A stretch of DNA of 64,000 nucleotides, taken from the human T2T-CHM13v2.0 reference genome, Homo sapiens. The notes under the pieces are model-generated. The model was not told the DNA's origin. It ran no database searches and was given only the letters and a program-made list of their open reading frames with translations. Shown here piece by piece: positions 30,948-44,516 of this stretch. The DNA lies in the NCBI RefSeq assembly GCF_009914755.1, contig NC_060937.1. The stretch is one strand, 5' to 3'. The translations under genes and the position numbers were made by a program. Within the stretch, counting starts at the first letter, position 1; each line of letters starts with the position of its first letter.

Positions 30948-33900
30948 TCACACTTTTTGTTGCATAAAATTTTCAAGTTTTATTATGATACAGGCAGTAC
31001 ATTCCATCACCCTCATAGCAACCTCAGAAGTGAACCTGTCATTTGGGATCTGAGGAAAGGGAAGCAAATCAGGGTATCTTGTTTTTAAACTGTCTACACC
31101 ATAAGCTTCCAATGTGTGAACATCATTTGTCAGTCCTTCAAGTTGCTGACTATATTCCTCTATTTTCTGAGCAAGTGCAGTTGGTTTTACATCTTTATCA
31201 GACTTTCCCCTCACAGCATAGTCAGCTGCAATCAAAGCTAACTTGGTAGAAAGGTAACATTTAAAGCACACCCACTCATTGGCATTTTTATGAAGGTCAT
31301 TCCTGGCAGCTGAGAAGTTTGCTCTGGCTTGTCTTAGCCATCTGCGTGCTTCCACTGGATTGCCAACCGACTTGAAAGTGGGAGGAACAAAGAACCTTTG
31401 AGAGTAAGTCTGTCCGGCTGAAGGGGGGCATTTTTCTTTGTTCTGTTGCTGTCTTTCAGATTTATGGCTCGTTGCTTCTTGATTCCATGAAGTATAGAAT
31501 CTCTGAAATGAGTATTTGTCTGACTGAAATCGGGATGCTGAGGTTGAAAATGTTCGTCTGGAGGCCCTGTCTGCATTTTGATCTAGAAAAGCCTGTTTTT
31601 CTAATCTGTTGATTTCATTCTGCAAATGTTTAAAAACTTCATTGGCAATGTCATGGTTCTCTGGATTTTTGTCAGGATGCCATTTCAAATACAACCGCCT
31701 AATAATCTTTTTTCGTTCCGATTCTGGAAGCTTCCATGCTTGCTCCACCACAGATGTCACTTCTTTTAAGATTTCTGGTAAAGAATTAACCTTAAGCTTT
31801 TTGGGGGACTGATGTTTGGAAGAAGTCTTGTGGCTCTCTCTACCAGAGAAAAGAGGAGGAATGCTTCTCAGGCCAGGGGTGAGGAACTCAGTGGGGCTGG
31901 TTGGTGTAGAAGGAGCACTGTCCCTGCTTTGAGAGCTTTCCTCAGGTCTTGAAAACTTATACAGATCAAGAGAGCTAACTATTTTATATTCACTATAACC
32001 AATATCTATCTGATATATCTTTCCTAGAAAACTAGAATTGTCAGCATCTTCTCTTTCAACTTCTTGTACAATAATTGCATATGTGTATGTTGGCTGGTAT
32101 GATCCATAGATATCACCACCTTCAGCATCAACAAGGTACCCAACATATTCTCCCGGGTAAAAAACATTCATTGGGTCCATAAGCAGAGTGTAATGAATTT
32201 CAGCAGGAATTGGTGTGCCAGGCATTGGAAGTTCCAGTTTTGATGGCTCCGAAGAGTCATATTTCACTCCTAAACTGTCAAGTTTCTCACCAATCCTGTA
32301 AATATCATTGCATCCTAGCATAGCAATTAAATATGAAGTGTCAGAAATCAAATTGTCAGTTGCTGATTTAAGAGTCATTGCCAATGCTAACAGGAAATTA
32401 ATGTCTTTACTGTCTGAATGTTGAATGTAGAGCAAGATGACTGCATTACCAAATCGCTTCAAAAAAGCAAAAGTTTCACTTCTGCTGTGGGGAATAGGAT
32501 TAAAACCTTTAACTCTTAATGTTGTTTGAAGCTTTTCAAAGCAGGATACTTTCAATCCTTCTCTTAGGGCTTTGCAAAGTCTTATGGCTTTTTCTTCATT
32601 GGCCAGAAAAGCATTATCATTTTCATGCTTCATAATTCTAATCAGTCCTGTAATGAACTGTTCAGAAGACAAGAGTAACTGCAATCTTCCTTGAAGAGAA
32701 CACAACGCTCCAAACTGACAAACTTTGGGAGTCTCTTCATCTAATTGTTCTTCAAGTATACTGCTCAATAATCGAGGTCTAAGTTTTTGAGGAAAGAGCA
32801 TTATCAACTTAGTGTGAAATCCATGGTCTTTCCCTAAGTAGCACTGGCTGAGATCAACTAACATTTGCACACCAATATTCCCCTGGATTCTACTTTTATA
32901 ATGTGGCGCATCGTCAAACACTAAGATGCTTGACTTTACCAATCTACCATCCTGGCTTGGGAGGTAAAGCGCAAGGTCTCGTACATTCTCGAGATCACTC
33001 CTCACCTTGACTGAATCATTCTGTAGACTCCTGAACAGACCAGAAACTACTCTCTTAACTGTACGCATTTCATTAGGATCTAATTGTTTGCCCTCAGAAT
33101 TTTTAAATATGCGGCTCAACACTTCAACATATTGCTTAGTTGAAATAATATCTTCAGTACCTAAGTGTTTGAACAACTGGTGAAATGTGCCAAGTTCTAA
33201 AGGTAGCTTGTACAAATAAGGTTTAAAATCAGATTCATATTCTAGGTTTATGACTACCTCCTCAGGCTTCAGAAGTTTCCAACCATCTTCTACCATCACA
33301 AAAGCAACCCCTCGCAACTGAAAACGAAATTCCCTTTTTTCTGCACTGAGGAATTCATATATGCTCCTTAAGACTTTTGCTCTAGTTTTTACCATTTCTT
33401 CATCCAACGTCGTTATGTTGCATATGTTTCTGCAGTTATTGATTACCTTATCAAGAGGAGGATCCAGGTTAACATTAAGCATATTTAAAACTTGTTCAAG
33501 CTGTTCTTGTGGACCAAGGTCACTACCTTCTTGTTCTTTAATGCTTAAGGGTGTAGCTTTCTCTGGAAGAATAGGGCAGGATGTCCATAACAGCTGGAGT
33601 ACATCACATTGCTTGAATTTTGGATTTACCTGTGCTCCATTGAACTTTATAAGAGGAAGTGTTCCATTTACCTCTTGATATTGAGGATGAAATCTAATGA
33701 ATTCCGCGGGGGCCCGCTCAGGACATAAGAATGGTATTAAAGATAGTTCTTTCAGAAAATTTCCAGATAACAAATCCATTCGTTCTTGGAATATATGATG
33801 CAGAAGGATATCAACTGTATTTTGCAATGTTTCTTTGGACCAGTTTTCTGTATTAGCCCTCACACTGATTTCCTTAGCAAACTGTAACAACTGCTGCTGA

Positions 33901-36900
33901 GAAAGTATGTATTTTAGTCCAATATTTCTTAAGAATTCCACCCAGGATGTCATAAATGTAACATGATTTTTGGGTTTTATAAGTTGTTCCAATTTCTTAA
34001 AGAAATCATTAGGAATAAACAATTTTTCAGGAAGCATAACTTCAAAAACTCTCACAGTTCTATCATAGAAATGCTTTGCTTGCTTTAGTCTACTGTTAGC
34101 ATCATGGATTATCAATAAACTTTCCAGTTTTTCAAAAAGTTGTTCCTTAATCTCTGATAATTCCTCAGCACTTGATAATCTATTCTTAAGGTAGATCAAG
34201 TGCTCTAATTTTGCATCATAAGAGAGATTTTCAATTTTTGGTAAGAGGTGTTTCAAATATACCTCAAGATCATCTACAGGTACACAACCAATCACCTCAT
34301 ATAGTTCTTTTAAGTGTATTTTTTCTTCAAGAAATGCAGATGATGATGATTGTGTCCATTTCTCCACTTCAGCTGAAGGGATACTTTTTGTAAGTACGTA
34401 GCATGTTCCAAATTTTCCAATGCTTACATAGCGGCCACTGATGGATTTATAGCACGGAAGTGACTTTAGAATTTTTATATCATCTTGGGACATCAAATGA
34501 TTCAAATTGCAGTTGAAATACATCAAAAGTGCCTCAAAATCATTTTCTACTAATTTTTCTGCTCTAAATGTTGAAGTTTGGACCATATAATGTAGAGCCT
34601 TCAAGATGCTTGTGGGGCTCTCTATATTTGCTGTGTGACATGACAACAAAGGAACAAATGCACTGTCTTTGGAACAGATTTTGTTCAAAGCAAGCTGAAT
34701 ACAGCCGGCTTTCATTAGAGCATGAAAAACTTTATCACTCTGGGCATTTGGAAAAACTGCAATGTGCATAAGGCTGAGAGGAAGCAGAACATCTCCTTCA
34801 GGAACCACAAGCTGGTTGGCTGAAACAGTAAACTTTGTTCCTGGAAGCAATGCCCAGTCTTTTAGAGTATCAACAACAATGTCAAATGTTGGTTTTGTTT
34901 CTTCCTGATCTTCTTTCACACTTACAGATTCACTAATAAAATGCCATGCATTCTTAAGCCAAGACTCACTTGCAAAATTGTCTTTCCACTTTGTGCAACT
35001 TTTGGTCTTATATTCTCGAGGCAACACAGAGGATAACAAATCAGCAAAGCTGGAAATGTCAAACACTTTTGCAACTTTACAGTTCAATAAAATATTACTA
35101 TATTTCAAATATAATGTATTCATAAACAAGTCTTTGCGGGATGGAATCAATTCATGATATGTTGTTAGAAACTTGGGTCGTTTTGCATCAAAAGTTTGCA
35201 AAACACTGTCCAGTGTGATGAGAAGGGGCAATCCCTCAACTTCAATCTCATTTTCTTCTGCATCTTTAAAACAATAATCAACTAAAAGTTTTAAACTATG
35301 AAAAAGTTTTAGATTAGTCTGCTGCAGACGACAAGGCAGCTTCCCAATATGGCAATTAGTGTCAGGAGAGGAAAATGTCATTAAAAAAGATCTGATATCA
35401 GCAGGGGTCACATAACTAACAGGAATATCTGCATCTATAAGACAGTGGTAAAGATTAGCAGTTTCATCACAGTTATAAACCAAGTTGAAACCAATTTCTA
35501 AAAGGAGATGTTTCAGCCTATAGACATTCTCTGCTACTGTTTTGCGTGTGGTGATATTATAATCTGCATTTTTAAGGTGTTGTAATTCATCCTGTAGTAA
35601 ATTGTCAAAAAATGGTCTAGTTTTATTAGAAGTAGACATATTGATCCAAGTAATTATAACTGCAGAGTGCAAGTCAGAGCCATCAATATTTGGAGCCCGC
35701 ACAACAGGTAAAAGACGTTTCATGTCTTCGTGAATGCAATTGTAAAGTGCTTTCACTAGACAATATAAATCTGGCTGTAGATCAAGACGGTTAACTGGGA
35801 AAAACGATAAAAACTTCTTTAAAGTGTCCTTTACAACATGAATAGGGGTGTTCTGTAACACTGATAATGTTGGATCAGAACCAGGGAAATACCGTTTTTT
35901 TAACTGTATTAGCAATTCAACATATGCAGGAGCTATTAATGCTGTCATTAAACTGTTATTCCAGTCACTTCGAACACCAACTCCATTATCATCACGCCAC
36001 AGGTTCCTTCTGGCTGAATCCAGTGCAAAGTGGCCATTCACATGAAATGGCAGCCCAGTCTCCAAAGAAAGAGGCAAAAAACAGAAGGCCCTATGGGGTT
36101 TTTTATAGTTGTGAGTAATGCAGGCAGCTACTCCACCACGTGGGAAAAGAGTAATATCTTGGTTCTTGTGAGCTGATATGACACTTTTAGATACTTTCTC
36201 CATACTTGAAAAGCCTGATCTATTACAAATTAGCCACGTAGTAAGATTTCCTTCAGAGTCCTCAGTATCCATAGTATAGGTTATTTGTTGAACTGGTATG
36301 TCTTTGAGCTGCCTCTTTTTAGTAACACTATCAATTACAGATGCATGAAATTGTTTCCTTTTCAATCTGTCTCCATCTGTGATTTTGCCCTTTACTGAAT
36401 ACAGCACATTTAGAGCTCCAGTACTCTTATCTATTTCACAAATAGAAATTTTTTCCATGTGATTAAGAAACATTAGAAGTTCTGCCCCATCTGAGCGCAG
36501 TTTGTCCAAAAGATTCTGGACCATTCTGTCTGATGCTGGAACAGACGAAATTTCCGAAACTTTTGCCATTTCTGCATTACGAAGAGGAAATCTGAACATT
36601 GTGCAATTATCCAGTTTAAAATGGGTTCCCAGATAAAGATCCAGAACATCTGAGAACTGTGTCCTAAAATCTGCATCCAAATCTCTAAACATGCGTCCGG
36701 GACTAATGGATGTGGCCCCTGGTGCATATCTGGCATGAGGATCAAAAATACACAGGATGTCATTGCCAGAAATAAAAGATGGGCAGTCTGTGATATGATA
36801 CACAGAATTGAATCCTATTCCATACTGTCCAGTTTTATAAGGATTTCCCTCTTTCGTGCCTTTTCCAAGATTCTGAATTCCTCTAACATCATCTTCTGTA

Positions 36901-39900
36901 AATGGCTGGTTGTTGTACACACAAAGTGCTGGCCCTTGCAATGGGGCCCACTTATCATCAAATATTCTATCAACTGGATGCTGTCTAGGATCAAACACAA
37001 AACAGATTTCTGTCGCCTTTGCATCATCAGCATTTTGAAGAAGCTCTTTCAACATTTCCTTTTCAGAAGGATATGCATTAAGGATGCTCTTAATTCTGCT
37101 GGTCAATTTTTCTTTCTGCCCAAATTCTGTGCCAAGTGTTGTAAAACAGACATTGGATGCATATCTTTCTAAGGCTTTGTGTCGCTTTGGGACTGCTCCT
37201 AGTTTTACTGCTACTTCCCTGGGTATGTCAGCATGACAATATTTTACAGTGGTATCCTTTACTTTTATCCAAGGGCAATCATTGTAGCATAACGATTTAG
37301 CAGGGAGAAGCATAAGATTAGTATCTGGCAATAATATCTTGCCATAATTTTTCTCACAAAATTCTTGTTTCTTTTCTCTAATGAGACTCCATATTCCTTC
37401 ACTGATTATTCGTCGGCAAAGCTGAAAATTCTCTTCTGTTATTTGCTTTGTTCCTCTTTCTTGATCAATAGATTCCAAAACAAGAGCAAAATCTTCAACA
37501 GTGCATGACTGCCTCACACCCACGGTTTCAAAAAGTTCGCGGAAATTATTTTTATACTTATTAGGCAACTGATAAAGGTATGGTGCCGCCTCAAAATTTA
37601 AATGAAAAGAAACCTTTTCTGAGTCAACATATGCATTCTCAACTAGAATGAAGCTAAAGGGTTTTAACTTATCAATAATTGACATCTTAGTGATTTCATT
37701 TTGCATCAAGGCTTCATGAAGGTATTTGTAGCAAGCATTGGTGATATTCTCCTGGTACAGTGTAATTCCATCATCAACTGATTTTGCTACTTCTTTCAAT
37801 TGGTTTATAACCAGATCAACTGTTGGCTTCTTGAGTAATCCCAAAAACTCTTTAACAGCCAATGACACTGAACCACAACCTCTAAAAGAATGGGAATTTT
37901 CATTTAGAATTGGTTGCAAAAGACAAACTATATCTTGATGTTCAGCTGTATAAAGGTCAGTTGCTGCAAACATGGTTTCAGGCTTAAAACTGTTGCCTTT
38001 CCAGTCCAAAGAAAAACCTGCTGGTTTTGTCAGAAATGGAAGGAAGCGGATTGTTTGATATTTTGCAGCAAAATCCTTTGCTCTAGGATCCCTTATTTTT
38101 AGTTTCTCATCGATAAGACTCAATAAGATACTACTTCTTAGGCATGCAGCAACATGATCACTTTTATTAATTTCAGCTACTGACACTGCACGTTCTAGCA
38201 TATCATCCCATAAAATATCATCTTTTGCCATACCTAACTGAACTAGTTTAATCAAAATAATAGGATTGAGATAATCCTGAGTAGAACCATAAGGGAATCT
38301 CCCATCTTTAATATCAAATAACTTTGCAACTCGTCCTTCGGGGTGGATCAATCTTGATGGCAAAACCAAAGGATGCCCCTCCAAGGAACAAGGAATACAT
38401 GGAGTAACACGAAGAACTCCCGAGAACTCATCAACTTTTTCATTTAGAACAAAGATCATTAAAGGATCTCTAAGTTCTGCTTCAATTTCTTGAATATTTG
38501 GAAAAAACACTTCAGAAAAAAACTGTTTCTCTGAAAATGTGTTTTCAAGTAGTATCTGTTTGCAGCCAGCTTCTTCAAATCCTAATTTTACCGAAGAAGG
38601 AAGTTCAACAGCACAAAGGTTTTTGGACCCAGTCTTCTTGAGGTATTTCAAAAATATCTTGAAGGCTGCTGAACCAACATCTCTTCTTTTAAGTATAGAG
38701 TCATCTAGAAATCTTACGTTCTTCATGGAAACCCAAGTAGATCCATCAGAGAAGACTTTGGTCAGTTCTTTCCCTTTTCCATGAGCTATATCTTCATAAA
38801 ATCCTTGGCAAATTACAGAAAAATCATCATGAACTAAATCAGGATCGGGCCATACTGCATAGTAAGTATAATCCATTAGCTCCCCACTAGTGGCCAGGTC
38901 CCGTAAGACACTCAGTACCTGTAAGTAAGCTTTCACAATAACATGTCTCATGAACGTGGTATTCCATCGTCCTTTTGTATCTGTTTTCCAGATTTCTTTC
39001 CTATTTGATGTAACAGCAAAGCACCCATTGATATGAACTGGCAAGCCTGTTTTTATTCGTAAAGGTAAATAGCAAAACACCTCTCCAATGTGTGGTTTCA
39101 CTGTCCACTTCTGGTCCTGGATTTCTGACAGCTGAACTCCTACTGCCCCACATGGAACCAGTCCTAGTCTTCTTCCACTCTCACTCAGGGAAAACTTCAG
39201 AGCCTCTCCTGTGTCCATGCAAGTACACAGAAGCCACGTGGTACACTCTACTGTTTTCTGTGACAACTCATCTGATGGCTTTTTTGATTGGCCAGACTTA
39301 GCCATTTCAAAGAGAGCAGCTGGGTCATCATCTGGACCTCTAAAAAGTGGCGACTGTAAATCAGCAATCCTTCTGAACACATGGTGAAATTCTTCCACTG
39401 TGATCTGAAGAATGCAAGATGACTTTGGTTCATCACTGGGAAGCTTTTTATTACTGCTGCTGCAAGTCTTCATGAGCTTAGCAGCCTCTTTTAAAACACT
39501 TAAGACAGGTGTGTTCAATGCTTTGGAAGAGCAGGATTTTTTTTTAATTATTACTGTATCTTGTGCTAAACTGGGGTTGGTTTCCTCAATTTTCAAGTAC
39601 TTCAAATACATTGACTTTACACTCTGAGTGAAAATGATAAGCCTGTGTCCACAGAGACTAAATTCATCCACAAGAGAATAAATATCTGCTGTATTGTAGC
39701 ACGTACTACTAACTTCACTCACTTTTGCTTCCTGTTGAGTTCTAAAGGACAGTCGGAAAAGGGTTCCATTATAGCTGTAAGGTGCTTCTACAGTCAAAGG
39801 TAACTGACAGCCAAATACATCTATAAATGGTTTGAACTGATTAGGAAATTTTCTAAGTCTTTTCTGTTGTTTACTCCAATTAATTTTGATCCCAGGATTG

Positions 39901-42502
39901 GATTTGTCTTTAATGTGTTTACTGATATGATTTATGTTTGGATCGAACATTATCATGAATTCCCGACTCATAATGATGGGAATGTCAGTGATATGGTACA
40001 CAGAATTAAATCCAAGACCAAATTTTCCAACTTTGTCAACTTCTCCCCTTTTTAAAGATTCTCCTAACCTAGTTATGTTCACAAAATCTGAATCTGAGAA
40101 TTGAGAATTGTTGAATGACCACAAAGCAGGTCCATGACAAGCTGCCATCCCTGGGTCTAGGAGATTCTCTCTTATGTCCATATTTCTTCTCATATCAATC
40201 AAGAAACTGCATTCTGTTGCATTTGCATCATCAGCGTTTTGAAGTAGTTCTTTAAAAATATCTGACACTGAAGGGTATTCTTCCAGAATATTTTTAATTC
40301 TTACAGTAAGTGGCTCTCTTTGTCCTGACTGCTCAAATCCCATGTTTTCAGGATTTATCAGTCTTGTACTAAGGCATGGAACTTTTAGCCATTCTGCAGT
40401 TTTCATGGGTATGTCCTCATGCACCAAAATGATTGGTTCCACAGAATCTTCAAGTAAGTCATTAAGGTCATCAACTTTAATGTCACAATAACAGCATTCG
40501 TGAATTGGCTTCATGATAAGTTTAGAAGGATTTTTGCTATGATGTATAGGAACTGGTGTGTTGGGGCTTGCTGGAATCTGATTGCTATACAGCCATCTGA
40601 TAATATTCAACATAAGATGAAGATTTTGTTTGCTTTCTTGTTCACTGAGATCTTGGTCACTTTTGAGATATATCTTCTGAATAACCATGGAAATATGATC
40701 TGATGTCAACTCCTCTATTGAACCACAGACCTTAAATAGTTGGTGGAATTTTGCCATGGTTTTAGGTACATTATGCAAATAAGGCTGAAGGTCAAGATCA
40801 TGGATTGGTTTAATCACAGCCTGGGCAAGTGGACAAAACTTTTTGCCAGTCCAAACCCATGGAAATTTTAAGGCTCTAAAAGAATCTTTCCCTTCATTTA
40901 GATGATCATGCATGAATCCGTAAATCTCAAGCAAAATATGCTGGAATTGATAGTAGTCTTCATCACTAAAGGTTTTTGAAGAATACCAATCAACAACAAT
41001 TTTAAAGTGTTTTAAGACAGCACTAAGGCTAGGTTTTGTGAAGATCCCTAATGCTTTTTCCAGGTTTACATGGATACTTTCAACAAGAGGAAGTGAGGAG
41101 CCAATGAGAATTGCATGGCCTACATCACACATATCTGGTGGTGCACAGAGATTACAGAGATCTCCTTTCCAGACCAAAGAGCCTGGATAATTTGGAGGCC
41201 TTTCCTTGCAGGCTGGAACCCATTTTATTTTCTTCAATGTCATCTTTCCTTCAGATGATTGCAACAGTGTGTGATTCTTATTTAAAACCAGTAAGAGGGT
41301 TTTGGCTTTCTTCAGAAGAACATCTTGATCAGGACAAGCACCGACCTGTAAGGCTTCAATTTTTTTTGCCACTTGCACAACATCCTTTTCTTTGAGACTG
41401 GCTTCGTTTTTTAAACCAATCTGTCTTAAGGAGTGAAGAATATCTGGTGAGGTAAAAACTGAGGGTGGGAAATAGGTTCCTTCTTCATTACAAAAGAGAT
41501 CCTTTAGTACTTCTATATCAGGGTCAAAGAGTTCACCAGCTGATACCATCTGTTCCTGTGATATCTGGATGAATTTTAATGGTGTTAACCACTCAAGCAC
41601 ATTTGGATTCTCATTTTTAAGAGAAGATAGATTCTCAAGGACCCATAACATAAGCTGTGTTACCTCTTCATGTGAATAAAATGCATTTTCAATATCTTTT
41701 AAAACAAGCTTTAAGCAGCTAGTGGTCTTTAACTGTTCTATTTTCAACATGTTTGCCAGACGAATAGTAGCTTCATCACTACTGTCTATTACTGAAATAG
41801 AAAGTCGCAGATCTGCTGGGAGTTTGGCAGTATGGTGTAAGACTTTACAACCTTTCAATTTTGTATAAGAGGAAATTCCCTGATCAGAAGAATGGTTAAT
41901 GCGCTTGAATATTGCCAATTCTTGAATAATTCTTTTCTCTTTCTCACTGCTATCGGTTAAACTAGCCAAGAACTTCCTCAGGGCATCTTTGTGTGTTGGA
42001 AGTAGCGAAGTTATTTGATTACACAATTTCTGCAATGGCATCTTCTCCATTATCTGCAAAACAGCACTTGGTAATGGTGAATGAATATATTTTTTAATAA
42101 GCGGATGTTGTATAGATGCATCTAATTTTTTAAGGACAAACCCTCCAAGTTTTTGTACAATGTCTGCTAAAAATTCTGGAAGCTGTGCTTCAGATTCATC
42201 GTCTAAAATGACTAACGATGGAATCCTGAGTCTAATGAGTTCCACACATGTCTGACCTTCCTCTAGTATAGTTCTGGGGATAAGTGGCATCTCATCAAAT
42301 AAAGTCAAATCCTCTGAAAAATGTATATAAAGATTTTTCCAAACCATCTTAAGCCATGAAACAGATGGGTGATTTCTGTTTTCATCAAATGGATACCATT
42401 GAACAATCAATTCTCTGCCAGGCCAGAATGTATTCATTACTTCCTTGATAAGACGTGCAAATCGTTCTGGATTTAGAAGCTGCAGCTGAGTACATGGTCT
42501 TC
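30948..42502 (-). CDS. SACS: Sacsin, coding part of the giant terminal exon (exon 10, 11,555 nt): end of SIRPT1, SIRPT2, SIRPT3, XPCB-like region, DnaJ and HEPN domains
   Basis: The 3829-aa ORF extends in frame to acceptor atttacag|GAAGACC. GHKL/HSP90-like motifs ELLQNADDA at 40224-40250 and 37020-37046, and [18 protein letters not shown] motifs. J-domain HPD at 31671-31679. C-terminal HEPN ending ENFMQQKV*. Confidence 0.99.
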
Positions 42503-42592
42503 CTGTAAATCATACACAGAAATGTCATAAATACATATAATTCTACTACAACAGCTTTCTATTCTCACAAATAACACAGTACTGGAAGGTTC

Positions 42593-42898
<306 letters not shown>

Positions 42899-43247
42899 AG
42901 TACTGGAAAATTTTCTAAGAGTTGGAAGTACATGTAAAAATTCAGCAAAACTGGGCTAAAATAATTTTTAAATAATAGTGATAGAAAATCTATATATAAA
43001 TCCATATTTACAATAACCTGTGACAAAAATAATTCTGCCTGGAAAATGCTTATTTGAAATAAATATACAAAATGCATTTAAATATGTTTTTTAAAGTATC
43101 CTATAATGTTCTGCAAATGAAATCAACATGGAAAACAATGTTTAGCGCTTATTTGCCCACAAATAAAAACACCAAGGAAAAATGCAGATAAAATTTATAT
43201 AAGAATCTTTTTATTTAAAGGTAAAAATTGATACACAACCCCAATAA

Positions 43248-43478
43248 AGGCTGAGTATCCCTTATCTGAATGCTTGTGACCAGAAGTGTTTTGCATTTCG
43301 GACTCTTTTGGACTTTGGAATATTTACATTGTACTTACCAGTTGAGCATTCCAAATCCAAAAAATCTGAAATCCAAAATGCTCCAATGAGCATTTCTTTT
43401 GAGTGTCATGTAGATACTTGTTTCAGATTTTGGAACATTTGGGGTTTCATATTTTTGGGTTAGGGACACCCAACCTGT
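43248..43478 (+). mobile_element. Tigger4a/MER46A-like MITE
   Basis: TIRs aggctgagtatccct and agggacacccaacctg|ta. Confidence 0.75.
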
Positions 43479-44216
43479 ATGAAGGATGTTTTGTGTTAAC
43501 TTCAAGTTTCCAGGAGCCACACAGCTGCATGACCTACAGAGAAGGTCATGAAGTCAGCGCACAGAGACTGGAGTCTCAGTTGCAGCTGACCAGAGCTTTC
43601 TGAAGCTGAGGCAGCAATGAGACTTACATGGTTTCCTTTCAACAACTAAACAGATGTCTAATTTAAGTACCATTTCATCTTTCTGGGACTTGAATTCTCT
43701 CATTTGGAAAAATAATGGGGATGAGATTCTAGATCTAAAGACTGCTCTATATTTATGCCCAAATACAGAGCATATTTACAACTTTTTCAAAGTACCCTTT
43801 ATCTAGCTACTTATTATTAAAGTGTGCTCTTCAGAGCCCTGGGATTTTTGCAGAAATACTTTGGAGGCAACAAAGGGAGCACGTGGGGCAGTGCTGTGAA
43901 GGCAGCAGAGCAGCTCCACTTTTGGATGTCTGATAAACTAAAACACTCAGAAGATATTTCCTTGGGTTGAAGGGGGCAGTTTTTACTGATTTTAACCACT
44001 GGCCTAGAAATTAACAGTTTCTTTCTAAGTGAATTTAGTATTTCAGAGTATAACATTTATAATATCAGTAGGAACAAAATGAAAAAAAATAACACCATAC
44101 ATCTACAGGTATATTTTTCCCAGAGAAATAAAAAACATCTCAAATTCGATCTTGTATAGACACTAACATTCAATATTCTCCCTATGTACATATGACTTCT
44201 AGACTCTTGAAAGAGT

Positions 44217-44516
44217 GGCAAGGCACAGTGGCTCACATCTGTAATCCCACCACTTTGGGGCGCCAAAGCGGGTGGAACACGAGGTCAGGAGTTCAAGACC
44301 AGCCTGGCCAAGATGGTGAAACCCCATCTCTACTAAAAATACAAAAATTAGCCGGGCGTGGTGGCAGGCACATGTAGTCCCAGCTACTCAAGAGGCTGAG
44401 GCAGAGAACTGCTTGAACCCGGGAGGCGGAGGTTGCAGTGAGCCGAGATTGCGCCACTGCACTCCAGCCTGGGCGACAGAGCAAGGCTCCGTCTCAAAAA
44501 AATAAATAAATAAAAA
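44217..44516 (+). mobile_element. AluS
   Basis: Full dimer. Confidence 0.92.

Noticed and set aside
30948-31340. Sacsin HEPN as an active RNase
   Set aside because: No R-x4-6-H motif at the canonical position. RNDLH is R-x3-H in the first helix, so there is no sequence support.
31043-41395. Short antisense and alternate-frame ORFs overlapping SACS exon 10
   Set aside because: These 60-145 aa ORFs have no recognisable domains and are expected shadows of a long CDS.
30948-42437. The 3829-aa ORF as a stand-alone or novel giant gene (GHKL ATPase plus HEPN, resembling a prokaryotic defence system)
   Set aside because: It is the terminal exon of the known gene SACS and splices in frame to upstream exons. 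The Alu-rich context is primate genomic DNA.
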